Assembly (NCBI GenBank): GCA_022562795.1
Contig: JADFOP010000023.1
Location: forward strand, 1-33,013
Direction of reading: 5' to 3'
Origin: Nitrospinota bacterium
Lineage (GTDB): Bacteria; JADFOP01
DNA length: 33,013 nt
The position numbers were made by a program, and so were the translations under genes. Positions 18,289 to 29,724 of the stretch are shown here, piece by piece; within the stretch, counting starts at the first letter, position 1, and every line of letters starts with the position of its first letter. The notes under the pieces are model-generated. The model made no database searches. It was not told the origin of the DNA and saw only the letters and a program-made list of their open reading frames with translations.

Positions 18289-19101
18289 TTGGAGTCTCAC
18301 GGCTGGGGGCTTCTGGCCCTCGATCTCGACGGTACGCTGCTTGACGACAACCTCGCCGTCAACCCCCGCGATAGGGCCGCCCTGGAGCGCGCCCGCGCCG
18401 GCGGGGTTGAGGTCACCCTGCTTACCGGCCGGATGCTTCCCTCGGTCTGGCCTTACCTGTCGGAGCTTCAGATTACCGCACCCGTCGTCCTCTACAACGG
18501 GGCGCTGATCCACGACCCTCGGCTGGGCCAGCAGACCGTCCTGGGGCGGCTGCCGCCTAAGCTGGCCTCCCGGCTCCTCGGCTTGGCCCGCCACCATCCC
18601 GTTGGCGCCCAGCTCTATATCGGCTCGGAGATCCTCATCGCCGAGGAGACCCCTGCCCAGCGCTCCTTCCTGGACCGCGAGCGTTTGACCGCACGGGAGG
18701 TCGATGACCTTTCCGATGCGGTGAGCGGCGAGCCCGTCAAACTCCTCTTCATCGGCGAGCCTTCCGTGCTCGACGACCTGGAGCGCCGGTGGGGGCCCCT
18801 GGTGGCGGGCGAAGCGAGGCTTGTGCGCAGCCAGACGAACTACCTCGAGTGTCTCGCTCCCAACGTCAATAAGGGTGTGGCCCTCAAAGTGGTGGCGCGC
18901 AGCCTCAATACGTCCATGGAGGCGGTAATCGCTGTTGGTGACCAGCCCAACGACGTCGAGATGATTGCCGAGGCGGGCCTGGGTGTGGCTGTGGCCAACG
19001 CTCATGAGGCCTGCAGGGCGGCCGCCGATGTGGTGCTCGAGCGAACAAACAACGAGGCAGCCGTCGAGGAGGTCGTGGAGCGGTTTCTCAAGTTAGGCTA
19101 A
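18289..19101 (+). CDS. Cof-type HAD hydrolase
   Basis: LDLDGTLL, TGR, YNGA, VNKG.AL and GDQPNDVEM. Start uncertain (GTG 18274 or TTG 18289). Confidence 0.92.
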   Translation: MESHGWGLLALDLDGTLLDDNLAVNPRDRAALERARAGGVEVTLLTGRMLPSVWPYLSELQITAPVVLYNGALIHDPRLGQQTVLGRLPPKLASRLLGLARHHPVGAQLYIGSEILIAEETPAQRSFLDRERLTAREVDDLSDAVSGEPVKLLFIGEPSVLDDLERRWGPLVAGEARLVRSQTNYLECLAPNVNKGVALKVVARSLNTSMEAVIAVGDQPNDVEMIAEAGLGVAVANAHEACRAAADVVLERTNNEAAVEEVVERFLKLG

Positions 19102-19129
19102 GAGTTGGCTTTAGGAATGAGGAACAACT

Positions 19130-19396
19130 CTATGCCTCGATGCCTTCCTGGTAGGCCTTGAGGCAGGTCTTAGAGCAGAAGTAGTGCTCCTCGCCCCGGA
19201 CCGTGCTCTTTATGCCCGCTGCAATCGGCAGGTAGACCCCGCACTGAGGGTCTCTAACCAATAGCTCCTCGGTTGGGCCGCGCTGGGGCGCACGGCGTCT
19301 CGGCTTGCTCCCGGGCAGCTGGGGCCTAAATAGGGTCCGGACGATTTGGAGGACGATAAGTCCGATAATGGCGTAGAGCAACGCTCGGGAGATCAT
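19130..19396 (-). CDS. Small membrane protein with a YHS/TRASH-like Cys motif
   Basis: N-terminal TM helix, then DPQCGVY...HYFCSKTC. Confidence 0.85.
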   Translation of the reverse strand: MISRALLYAIIGLIVLQIVRTLFRPQLPGSKPRRRAPQRGPTEELLVRDPQCGVYLPIAAGIKSTVRGEEHYFCSKTCLKAYQEGIEA

Positions 19397-19561
19397 GGCC
19401 CGCTCACGCTACCATGGAGCCCGCTGAGGTGTCAACGGAGGGCGCTTCTCCCAATCGGTCTGAGGCGCGCTACCTGCCGGGGGGTGAGAAAAGCCCTTGC
19501 ACCCGCAGCGCCGCTGGCCTATACTGCCCACTCTTCAGATGGGACGTGGAGAACGACGAGC

Positions 19562-20002
19562 ATGGAGACGAGCAAGCGACCCCGCGATGGACGCGACCAG
19601 GCCCGCAAACGCCTCGTTATCACCAGTTGCGAAGTAACGCCCATCGATGCTCATGGTTTCGGCCACGGGGTGCGAGGTTTGGCCACCATCACCCTCAACA
19701 ACGCCCTCGTGCTTAGAAGCCTGCGGATCATGAAGGACCGCAACAGCGAGCTAACCGTTGCCTACCCTTCCCAGTTGGGCCGCGACAAGACCACCTACGA
19801 CTTGGTCGAGCCCAAGAGCGAAAGCCTTCGGAAGGAGATATCCATCCGGGTTCTCGACGAGTACGCCAGAGCCGTCGCTCGGACCGAGTCCGCCGAGGCT
19901 CCTGAGTCGGAGCCTGCAGAACCCGAGCCCACCGAAGATTCTCCTGAGACTCAATTGATCGAGCCAGCCTCCGAACCTTCGCCTTCTGAAGCCACACCCT
20001 AG
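19562..20002 (+). CDS. SpoVG-like protein with an acidic Pro/Glu tail
   Basis: IT...V...RGLATITLNNALVLRSLRIM...LTVAYPS...YDLVEP...LRKEI...VLDEY follows the SpoVG pattern. ATG at 19562 avoids overlap with the divergent gene. Confidence 0.75.
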   Translation: METSKRPRDGRDQARKRLVITSCEVTPIDAHGFGHGVRGLATITLNNALVLRSLRIMKDRNSELTVAYPSQLGRDKTTYDLVEPKSESLRKEISIRVLDEYARAVARTESAEAPESEPAEPEPTEDSPETQLIEPASEPSPSEATP

Positions 20003-20122
20003 GAGCCGACCACTTCAATCGGCAATCTCTAACAGACCCACCACAGTTTATTTGCCCGAGCGGTCTCCACCTCCTCCAATATCTATGTTAGAGGAGTATC
20101 CCTTGTAAAATCAATGAGTAGC

Positions 20123-20216
20123 TTGACACTTGAAGAATCACGATGGTAGACTGCCGCCTCAGCTCGGCCCCGACGGTCGAGTTTTGGGAACTTTTGACCC
20201 CGGAAAGCGTGTCTAA
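20123..20216 (+). promoter_or_regulatory. Tandem promoters of the ECF operon: sigma70-type and sigmaE-type
   Basis: TTGACA(20123)-N18-TAGACT with extended TG; GGAACTT(20187)-N17-GTCTAA(20211). Confidence 0.65.
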
Positions 20217-20269
20217 GCAAGTGATGATGAACGCGCTTCCGAGCTAGAGATAAAGGAAGCGAGGAGACG

Positions 20270-20851
20270 GTGGATCAGGATGTTTTCCTGGTTGAGAGGT
20301 GCCTCGGCGGTGATGAGGAAGCCTGCGAGACGCTGGTGCGTCGATACCAGGACCGGGTTTTCTCCCTCGTCTATAGCATTATAGGCGGAACCGACCAGGT
20401 AGAGGACATCGCCCAAGAGGCCTTCCTCAAGGCCTTTCGGTCCCTGAAGAGCTTCCGTGGGGGGTCGAGCTTCTACACCTGGCTCTACCGCATCACGGTG
20501 AACACGGCCTTGAACGCCCTGCGCTCCAAGGGGCGCAGGCAGGAAGCATCCCTTGAGGACCTGGGAGGACTTGAGTTCCTGGTCGATCCTGACGTCGGGC
20601 CGGCAGAGTCTGCTGCCCGTCGACAGCTCGCCAGTCGGGTGAGGGAAGCGATCGATCGGCTGGACGAGCAGTACCGGACAATCGTCTACCTGCGGGAGCT
20701 TGAGGACTTAAGCTACGAGGAGATTGCCGAGGTGGTAGAGCTTCCAGTGGGCACCGTTAAGAGCCGACTATTTCGGGCCCGACAGCATCTAAAAGAGCTC
20801 CTTGAGGACCTCTTGCCCGCTCCGGCGCGCGAAAGAGGGACGTCCTCGTGA
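20270..20851 (+). CDS. rpoE: ECF sigma factor (RpoE/SigW-like)
   Basis: EDIAQEAFLKAF, FRGGSSFYTWLYRITVN, LSYEEIAE and GTVKSRLFRAR. Confidence 0.93.
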   Translation: MDQDVFLVERCLGGDEEACETLVRRYQDRVFSLVYSIIGGTDQVEDIAQEAFLKAFRSLKSFRGGSSFYTWLYRITVNTALNALRSKGRRQEASLEDLGGLEFLVDPDVGPAESAARRQLASRVREAIDRLDEQYRTIVYLRELEDLSYEEIAEVVELPVGTVKSRLFRARQHLKELLEDLLPAPARERGTSS

Positions 20852-21348
20852 CGACGTGTCTGAAAGTACAGGAATGGGTTTCCGCACGCCTTGACGGCGA
20901 GGCGGCGCCCGACGAGGCGGCCACCGTTGAGGATCATTTGAAATCCTGTGGGGTGTGCTTGCGGGAGGCCAACAAGCTATCGGCCCTGAAAGCCTTAGTG
21001 GCCCAAGGGTTCGAATCGGCTCCCGTCCCCCATCCCCCGCCGATGTTCGCTGCTCGAGTGGCGGCCAACATCCGGCCCGTCCGCCGGTGGCCCTTCGCCT
21101 GGCCTGCCCTGGCCGCCGCCGCCGCCGCGAGCTTTGCCTTGGTCTGGTTTCTTGCAAGCGGATCGGTCAACCAGGAGCTATTGAGCATATACGAGCTTAA
21201 GCCGGTTGAGCCCACTGCGGTTTCCGTGGCCTATAGGTCCGAGCCTCCTTCAGTGGAACACTACTTGGAGGTGCACGTCAGGGAGGCGAACAGCGCTCCG
21301 CCCGTGGGCCCGCAGGGAATGGTTGAGTATGTGGGCTTCCGTCGCTAG
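20848..21348 (+). CDS. Zinc-finger (ZAS) transmembrane anti-sigma factor
   Basis: SARLDGE, HxxxCxxC (HLKSCGVC) and one TM helix; coupled to the sigma gene. Confidence 0.9.
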   Translation: MTTCLKVQEWVSARLDGEAAPDEAATVEDHLKSCGVCLREANKLSALKALVAQGFESAPVPHPPPMFAARVAANIRPVRRWPFAWPALAAAAAASFALVWFLASGSVNQELLSIYELKPVEPTAVSVAYRSEPPSVEHYLEVHVREANSAPPVGPQGMVEYVGFRR

Positions 21349-22357
21349 GCGCCTAACGGCGGCTCTGGCCCTCGCAATGGTTGCGGGAGTGGCCTTTGCG
21401 GGCACTGCAGCCGCCGATGAGGTTACAGCGGTTCTTGAGAAGCTCACACGAGCTCAACTCACCCTTTCCTACCAGGGCCAAAAACACGTCTTCAACTTTT
21501 ATTCCTCCACCCCCAAGCTCACAACCTACCGAATAACTCATACCCCATCGGGCGAGCGGCGGGAATATAGCGGCGCCCGAGCACCCGTCATCGTCATCGA
21601 CGACGGCCGCTACCAATGGGTATACCGTCCCAAGAAAGGCTTGGTTACCAGACGGTCGAGCCCCTCCGAGCCACTACGCCGCCGTCTGGCGTTGCGGAAC
21701 CTGGCCCTCCTTATGAAGAACTACCGAATGGAAATTCTTCAGGGTGATGCGAGGATGGGTGGGCGCTCCTGCATGGTGGCGAAGTTTACGCCCCGCTTTG
21801 GCGTGGGCCGCCCGGTCCGTACTCTATGGATTGATCGGGAAAAGGGGCTGCCCCTTAGGACCGAGGTTTACGATTCCCAAGGACTTCGGGTCATGACCTA
21901 TTTCTCCTCCATCACCTACGGCTCCCCTCCCTCCGATGATGCGCTGGCGCTCAAAGTCCCTCCGACGACCCGTTTGGAGACCGAGCCCGATGAAATGGTC
22001 CTCTCACCCAGGGACATCCCCAAGGCCGTGGGCTTTCCCGTTCGCCAGCCCAAGACTCTCCCGCCTGGATTCGCCCTCGTTGGAGCCAGGCTGAAGGGCA
22101 ACGGGCCCAATGCGGAACTTCGGATTCTGTACTCCGACGGCCTATCCACCATCAGCCTGTTCCAACGCCGCCGGGCGCTCCCCAGCCGCACCGGGAGTCC
22201 ACGAGCGACCACCGTGGCGCTTGGGGATACTGAGGGAAAGCTCTACCGCTTTGGCCTCCTCGGCATGGTCGAGTGGGAACGGCCGCCGGTTACATTCACG
22301 ATGGTCGGGGAGGTGAGCGATGAAGAATTGTTGGCGACGGCTAGAACCATCCCCTAG
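21329..22357 (+). CDS. RseB/MucB-like periplasmic regulator
   Basis: Signal peptide from ATG 21329; LSYQG, LWIDREKGLPLR, LPPGF, YSDGLSTISLF and MVGEV motifs; operon position. Confidence 0.85.
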   Translation: MWASVARRLTAALALAMVAGVAFAGTAAADEVTAVLEKLTRAQLTLSYQGQKHVFNFYSSTPKLTTYRITHTPSGERREYSGARAPVIVIDDGRYQWVYRPKKGLVTRRSSPSEPLRRRLALRNLALLMKNYRMEILQGDARMGGRSCMVAKFTPRFGVGRPVRTLWIDREKGLPLRTEVYDSQGLRVMTYFSSITYGSPPSDDALALKVPPTTRLETEPDEMVLSPRDIPKAVGFPVRQPKTLPPGFALVGARLKGNGPNAELRILYSDGLSTISLFQRRRALPSRTGSPRATTVALGDTEGKLYRFGLLGMVEWERPPVTFTMVGEVSDEELLATARTIP

Positions 22358-22432
22358 AGCCCTTGGGGGATCTATTGGGTAATGTTTAGGACACAGATAG
22401 GTAGAGAAAACGGCCTTTAGGAGGAGTAAGGA

Positions 22433-23833
22433 GTGATAACGCAACGAGTTTTCCGCCGCCTCTGCCAGGCGGGTGTGGCCACAGCTATGGTATTGGTCTG
22501 GCTCGGTACGGTCCCGGCGGCGGAGTTCGGCTTTGACACTTTCATCAAAGTTGCCGAGGCTAAGAAACCAGCGGTTGTCAACATCTCCACCACTCAAATC
22601 CAGATGCGACAAATCCGCCCGCGAATACCTCGCCTCCCGGGCGGCCAGCATGACCCTTTCGGGGAGTTTTTCGAGCGCTTCTTCGAGGGTATCCCCCAGC
22701 AACGGACCCACCGTAGCTTGGGCTCCGGGATAATTTACGACAAGGATGGCTATATCATTACCAACAATCACGTGGTCGAGCGGGCCACCGAGATCAAGGT
22801 CAAGCTCCAAAACGGCAACGAGTACGACGCCAAAGTCATCGGCACCGACCCGAAGACCGATCTGGCTCTCATTAAGATTGAAGCCGATAAGCCGCTGCCC
22901 ACGCTCGACCTGGGCGACAGCGACGCCCTCCGGGTGGGCGAGTGGGTCATCGCCATCGGCAACCCGTTCGGCTTAGACCATACGGTGACCGTTGGGGTTG
23001 TGAGCGCCAAGGGCCGGGTCATTGGGACCGGACCGTATGACAATTTCATTCAGACCGACGCCTCCATCAACCCGGGCAACTCGGGCGGGCCGCTGCTCAA
23101 CACAGCCGGCGAGGTGGTCGGCATCAATACTGCCATTGTAGCCGCCGGCCAGGGCATCGGGTTTGCCATCCCCAGCAACATCACGCGCCGGGTGATCGAG
23201 GACCTCCGGACGAAAGGCAGTGTGGTGAGGGGCTGGCTCGGCGTGGGGGTCCAGCGCATGAACCCGGAGCTTGCCAAGAGCTTTGGATTGGAAGGAAGCA
23301 TGGGCGCCCTGGTGGCGGAGGTATTCGAAGACAGCCCGGCGCAGAGGGCCGGCATCAAGCGCGGGGATGTCATCATTGAATTTAACGGATCGAAGATCAC
23401 GACGATAGACACCCTGCCCCGTAAGGTGGCGGCAACGAGGCCCGGGACGAAGACTACGGCCACGCTTCTTCGCGACGGCAAGGAAAAAACGGTTTCTGTA
23501 ACCATCGGGACCCTCGAGGAGGAGAAGCTCGCCAAAGCCAGATTGACGGAACAAGGGCTCGGTATGACTGTCCAGGAGATTACCCGCGAGCTGGCGGAGC
23601 ACTTCGGACTGAAGGGAAGCGAGGGCCTCATCGTCTCGGACGTGGAGCAGGGCAGCCCCGCCTGGGAAGGCGGAATCCGGCGCGGGGACGTAATCGTGGA
23701 GGTCAACCACCAGACCGTCAAGAAGGCGGAGGACTACCGCCGGGCGCTGAGCAAGGACGCCGGGATGGACACTGTGCTGCTGCTCGTTCGCCGTGGTGAG
23801 AACACCCTTTACGTGGCTATCAAGCCGGGCTAG
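22433..23833 (+). CDS. DegP/DegQ (HtrA) serine protease with two PDZ domains
   Basis: ITNNHVV, TDLAL, QTDASINPGNSGGPL and two PDZ domains; AGGAG SD. Confidence 0.96.
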   Translation: MITQRVFRRLCQAGVATAMVLVWLGTVPAAEFGFDTFIKVAEAKKPAVVNISTTQIQMRQIRPRIPRLPGGQHDPFGEFFERFFEGIPQQRTHRSLGSGIIYDKDGYIITNNHVVERATEIKVKLQNGNEYDAKVIGTDPKTDLALIKIEADKPLPTLDLGDSDALRVGEWVIAIGNPFGLDHTVTVGVVSAKGRVIGTGPYDNFIQTDASINPGNSGGPLLNTAGEVVGINTAIVAAGQGIGFAIPSNITRRVIEDLRTKGSVVRGWLGVGVQRMNPELAKSFGLEGSMGALVAEVFEDSPAQRAGIKRGDVIIEFNGSKITTIDTLPRKVAATRPGTKTTATLLRDGKEKTVSVTIGTLEEEKLAKARLTEQGLGMTVQEITRELAEHFGLKGSEGLIVSDVEQGSPAWEGGIRRGDVIVEVNHQTVKKAEDYRRALSKDAGMDTVLLLVRRGENTLYVAIKPG

Positions 23834-24004
23834 GCGTCCGTCGCTCCCCCGATCATTCCTTTCCCCCTGACCCTCACCCTCCCTCCCATAGGCTCAAAGA
23901 ACCCTATAATCCGGCGACCACCACCGGCTACGCACCATCCGCCCACGCCCGTAACGGCTACCAGGTGACCTTCGAGCCGTAAAACATTATCTCTGACAAA
24001 TTCC

Positions 24005-24038
24005 TTGACATATTTTAACCTTAGTACTATATTAGTAC
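24005..24038 (+). promoter_or_regulatory. Sigma70-type promoter of the Fic gene with an overlapping palindrome
   Basis: TTGACA-N17-TATATT; GTACTA-TAT-TAGTAC (24024-24038) covers the -10. Confidence 0.65.
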
Positions 24039-24069
24039 CTGATTACACTGTGATTGCTGTGACAAAATC

Positions 24070-25218
24070 ATGGACAAAACCGTGGACAAAAACAAGGTCA
24101 AAAGGGTCGATACCTTCAAGTCTGGGCGTTTTGCCTTCAGCAGGAACTATTCTTCGGAGGCGATCTTAGAGCTACAGATTCGCGCAAGTATATTGTACCA
24201 AACCATCGCAGACCTTCCTATCCTGCCTGACCTCGCCTCTAAATTGGAGGAGGACGTCATCAGAAGGTCCATTTTTGGCACGGCGGCCATCGAGGGGAAT
24301 CCACTTACCGAAGAGCAGGTTGGAGAAGTCCTCGAACTCTTTCCAGAGGGAGAGCCAACGCTTGAAGAGATAGCTGAGAGAGAAATTTCTAACCTCAGGG
24401 CGGCATACCGGGTCCTCGACGAGGCCGAGACGGAAGACCATCGCATTTCTGAAGGTCTCATACGACGAATTCACAAAATGATTACGCTAGGCATAGAACA
24501 CCCGGAGAATGTCCCAGGAAAATATCGCGGCCACATCGTTAAAATCGGCGACAAAGACCATGGAGGAATATACACCCCCCCAAAGATTTTAGACGACATC
24601 AAAATGCTAATGAAGGAACTTGTTACGTGGATAAATTCCAAAGAAGTTAAGGAATTAGGTCCAATAATACGCGCGGGATTGGCCCATTACCATCTAGCCA
24701 TAATCCATCCTTTCGGAGACGGGAACGGAAGAACAGCGAGGCTCATCGAAGCGCTCATCATGCGAGGGGCCGGTATTTGGTACGCTCCGTTAATGTTGTC
24801 AAATTACTATTATAAGAACATTGATGAATATTTCTGGGCTTTTTCTAAATCAATAAAGAATAAGGAGAAAGATGTCACACCATTCCTTGAATTTGTATTC
24901 AAGGGACTTTGCGAATCTTTGGAGGAAATAAAAGGAAGAATAACACACTTTATTAGACTCTTTACAATGAGAGATTATTTTGCCTCCCTCAGGAATGGGC
25001 GAGGGATTACGCAGAGACAACACGATTTGTTAGGCATACTCCTGGACTACCTTGCCCCATTTACACTTAATGACTTATATTCGAAACCACTGTTCCGACT
25101 ATTGTACCGATCCGTTTCTGAAAGAACAGCGAGGAGAGATCTTCATAAACTTGAATCCATGAATATCCTAACCAAGAAAAGTGGTGAGTATCTATTGAAT
25201 CTCAGGGCGTTGGGTTAA
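24070..25218 (+). CDS. Fic-domain protein (class II, autoinhibited) with a probable C-terminal winged HTH
   Basis: HPFGDGNGRTAR catalytic motif; N-terminal inhibitory TAAIEGN; C-terminal SERTARRDLHKL; AT-rich. Confidence 0.92.
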   Translation: MDKTVDKNKVKRVDTFKSGRFAFSRNYSSEAILELQIRASILYQTIADLPILPDLASKLEEDVIRRSIFGTAAIEGNPLTEEQVGEVLELFPEGEPTLEEIAEREISNLRAAYRVLDEAETEDHRISEGLIRRIHKMITLGIEHPENVPGKYRGHIVKIGDKDHGGIYTPPKILDDIKMLMKELVTWINSKEVKELGPIIRAGLAHYHLAIIHPFGDGNGRTARLIEALIMRGAGIWYAPLMLSNYYYKNIDEYFWAFSKSIKNKEKDVTPFLEFVFKGLCESLEEIKGRITHFIRLFTMRDYFASLRNGRGITQRQHDLLGILLDYLAPFTLNDLYSKPLFRLLYRSVSERTARRDLHKLESMNILTKKSGEYLLNLRALG

Positions 25219-25253
25219 TCTAGGGCGAGCTCGCTAAAATGAATAATGAATAG

Positions 25254-27305
<2,052 letters not shown>

Positions 27306-27398
27306 GTGAGCGCGGCTCGAATGCGACCTACATGGGCAAATTCAATTGTAATCTTTACTTTTCCGCCTGATAGTCAGAATTACGACTTCTGGGATTAT

Positions 27399-28484
27399 CT
27401 AACCTTCAATAGTAATACCGCTAGGTACAAAGTACGTCGGGTCAATCTCCGTCAGGCCAATTTTTTCTTCGTGTTTCCTGACACGATCAAAGAGCCTCAT
27501 GACAGCCGTCTCTACGGCGTGGTAGTCAAGCGCGTCGACGATTACCGTGTCGCGCATATTGCCATCAGGATCGGGCACTTGGCGGGATCTCTTAATACCC
27601 TCATCGATTGCTTTTCGGTTTGGAATACCGAGGTTCTTGAGCGCCATTTGGAGGACGTCGCGAGTATATTGGCGGGGGCCGTAGATGGCGCCTTGGTAAA
27701 GTGCCTCGGCAAAGCGTGACTCCTCGGGAAGGAGGTGCATAGCAGGCATCCCAAAATGCTTGATCACTTCAACCAACGCCTCAAGCGCCTGGGCGGGATA
27801 GTAGTACAGATACAGACGAGCAAGTTCGAGAAAGAAATTGAAGTGGGCGGCTTCGTCTCTGGCAATCGTTTTTGCGGCCTTGACCAGCACCGGGTCAGCA
27901 GAGTTTGTAAATCCAGGTTTGTCGCTCTTGCCCATCGCAATTAGTTCGAGATTCAGGTAATTCAGTTGCGTAGCTCGCTCTTGGATGACGGTATAGAACG
28001 TCAAGTGAAGAGCATCATCCCATGGCAGCTGCCACTCCCCGTTGCGCAAGAAGTCCATGTAATCTTCAATCCACTCAGGCGTTCGGAAGCGCAAGAATAG
28101 CAAGGTGTTCCGCCAGAGGTCGGCGTGCTTTTCTTCCTCTGCACCCCAACGCAGTTGGTATTGCGAGCGACCGTAACTTTTGCGCATCATGTGGGTTGCC
28201 TTGGAGGTGTAGTCTGGCACATACTGTTCGATTGCAAAAAAACCTTCGATAACGGAATTCAGCTCAGGCGAGTGATCAGTGCGTAGAGCGCGCCAGTTGA
28301 ATGATGAGTCCGGGTGCCAGTTACGGGCCTCTTGTGAGCGAACCGTATACCAACGATATAATGCTCTGATACAGCGCTCAATAATTCTATCTTTCTCCTG
28401 CCGACTCAACAGCCCGGCAGGAAAAGGTGGGCGTTGCTCTTCAATTTCTTTGACAATCGTCTCGTCAGGTTTGGCAATTGTCAT
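27399..28484 (-). CDS. Acyl-ACP desaturase-like ferritin-fold diiron protein
   Basis: WGAEEEKH, QERAT and IARDEAAH give two ExxH motifs with desaturase spacing; F.MP motif; AGGAGG SD. Confidence 0.8.
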   Translation of the reverse strand: MTIAKPDETIVKEIEEQRPPFPAGLLSRQEKDRIIERCIRALYRWYTVRSQEARNWHPDSSFNWRALRTDHSPELNSVIEGFFAIEQYVPDYTSKATHMMRKSYGRSQYQLRWGAEEEKHADLWRNTLLFLRFRTPEWIEDYMDFLRNGEWQLPWDDALHLTFYTVIQERATQLNYLNLELIAMGKSDKPGFTNSADPVLVKAAKTIARDEAAHFNFFLELARLYLYYYPAQALEALVEVIKHFGMPAMHLLPEESRFAEALYQGAIYGPRQYTRDVLQMALKNLGIPNRKAIDEGIKRSRQVPDPDGNMRDTVIVDALDYHAVETAVMRLFDRVRKHEEKIGLTEIDPTYFVPSGITIEG

Positions 28485-28719
28485 TATCTCCTCCTGGATT
28501 AGATGAGGGGGGTGTTGACCTATCCAATTTATTATACCACCTTTTGGAGTTTTGTGGGTTTCTTCTTTCTTAGGAGATGGTTTGGGCTAATTGGGGAGCG
28601 GGCAGGCCCCAAACGCTTCCCGGGGACAAAAACGGAGGGTTGCTCGCATTCTTGTAAAGAGGGGCGTCCTGCGAGATGATAGACAGGTAAAGGCCGAACC
28701 CTGTTGTGAGGGATGCACG

Positions 28720-29196
28720 ATGACTCGGGGCAGTAAGGGCGGTATCCAGGTGATAACGGAGAACCGCAAGGCCCGCCGCGACTACCACCTGGAGGAGTCC
28801 TTTGAGGCCGGCTTGGTGCTCGTGGGCACCGAAGTAAAGAGCCTGCGCGAGGGACTGGGCAACCTGAGCGACGCTTACTGCGGCGTTGTGGACGGCGAGC
28901 TCTGGCTCTTGAGCGCTCACATCAGCCCTTACCCTCACGGCACCCACACGAATCACGAGCCCAAGAGGCCCCGGAAGCTCCTTCTCCATAAGCGGGAGAT
29001 TAAGAAGCTCATCGGACGGGTAGTCGAGCGGGGCTTCACTCTGATTCCCACCAGGCTCTACTTTCGAAGGGGGCTCGCCAAGGTGGAGGTGGCCCTGGCC
29101 AAGGGCAAACGGGCCCCGGACAAGCGGGAGGTCCTCAAGCGCCGGGTCCAGGAGCGGGAGATGGAGCGGGCGATAAAGGACCACAGCCATCGTTGA
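28720..29196 (+). CDS. smpB: SsrA-binding protein
   Basis: NRKARRDY, EAGLVLVGTEVKSLR, RKLLLHKREI and LAKGK...DKRE. True start is ATG 28720. Confidence 0.97.
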   Translation: MTRGSKGGIQVITENRKARRDYHLEESFEAGLVLVGTEVKSLREGLGNLSDAYCGVVDGELWLLSAHISPYPHGTHTNHEPKRPRKLLLHKREIKKLIGRVVERGFTLIPTRLYFRRGLAKVEVALAKGKRAPDKREVLKRRVQEREMERAIKDHSHR

Positions 29197-29234
29197 CAGC
29201 CTTCCGATTGTGTGCGGGATCGACCGCCGGCGCC

Positions 29235-29293
29235 TTGCGTTTTTGTTTAAGCGTTGTTATATTAAGAGAGTGCCCCATCCGGGCTCTTTGACA
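29235..29293 (+). promoter_or_regulatory. ssrA promoter and boxA-like element
   Basis: TTGCGT-N17-TATATT with extended TG; GCTCTTTGACA at 29283-29293. Confidence 0.55.
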
Positions 29294-29315
29294 TTATCCC
29301 GTTGAGATGATTTTT

Positions 29316-29682
29316 GGGGGCGAACAGGGCTCGACGGGGAGGAATGACGTCGAGGCTGCATGTCGAGGCCCGCGACCTCGTAAAATACGCGGAACATGAC
29401 AACTGCCAATCCACAACTGGCAATGGCCGCTTAACCAGCAGTGGCCCGTGCCTTTCCGCATTCGCCTCTGGGGCGGTAAGGGGCGTCAGACTACAGGGGT
29501 GGACGATCCGGCAGGCGCCGATGGGCCGGGAGCCGTCCTTAATTTAAGTCGGCTAGCCTCCCGGGCGGTGTCCCTGTCGGTGGGGCGGCGCGGGCGGCGA
29601 AGCTTCAAATACACCGGATAAGCATGTAGATGTCTCGGGGAAACCTCTTCGGACGGGGGTTCGATTCCCCCCGCCTCCACCA
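29316..29682 (+). ncRNA. ssrA: tmRNA; tag (A)ANPQLAMAA* at 29405-29434
   Basis: 5' GGGGGCG...CTCGAC; 3' GGGGGTTCGATTCCCCCCGCCTCCACCA; tag ORF ends in AA*; directly downstream of smpB. Confidence 0.97.
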
Positions 29683-29686
29683 TCTT

Positions 29687-29724
29687 GGGGCCTGCAATTT
29701 CTATGGGTTGCAGGTCCTTTTTTT
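29687..29724 (+). terminator. Rho-independent terminator of ssrA
   Basis: GGGGCCTGCAA...TTGCAGGTCCT stem followed by a T run. Confidence 0.85.

Noticed and set aside
23860-23982. C-rich tract (CCCCTGACCCTCACCCTCCCTCCC) and a possible gene fragment ending GYQVTFEP*
   Set aside because: Single copy and too short to assign to a repeat family or pseudogene.
28591-28719. N-terminal extensions given by the ORF track for smpB (also the SpoVG-like and RseB-like genes)
   Set aside because: Family similarity or the signal peptide begins at downstream ATGs (28720, 19562, 21329).
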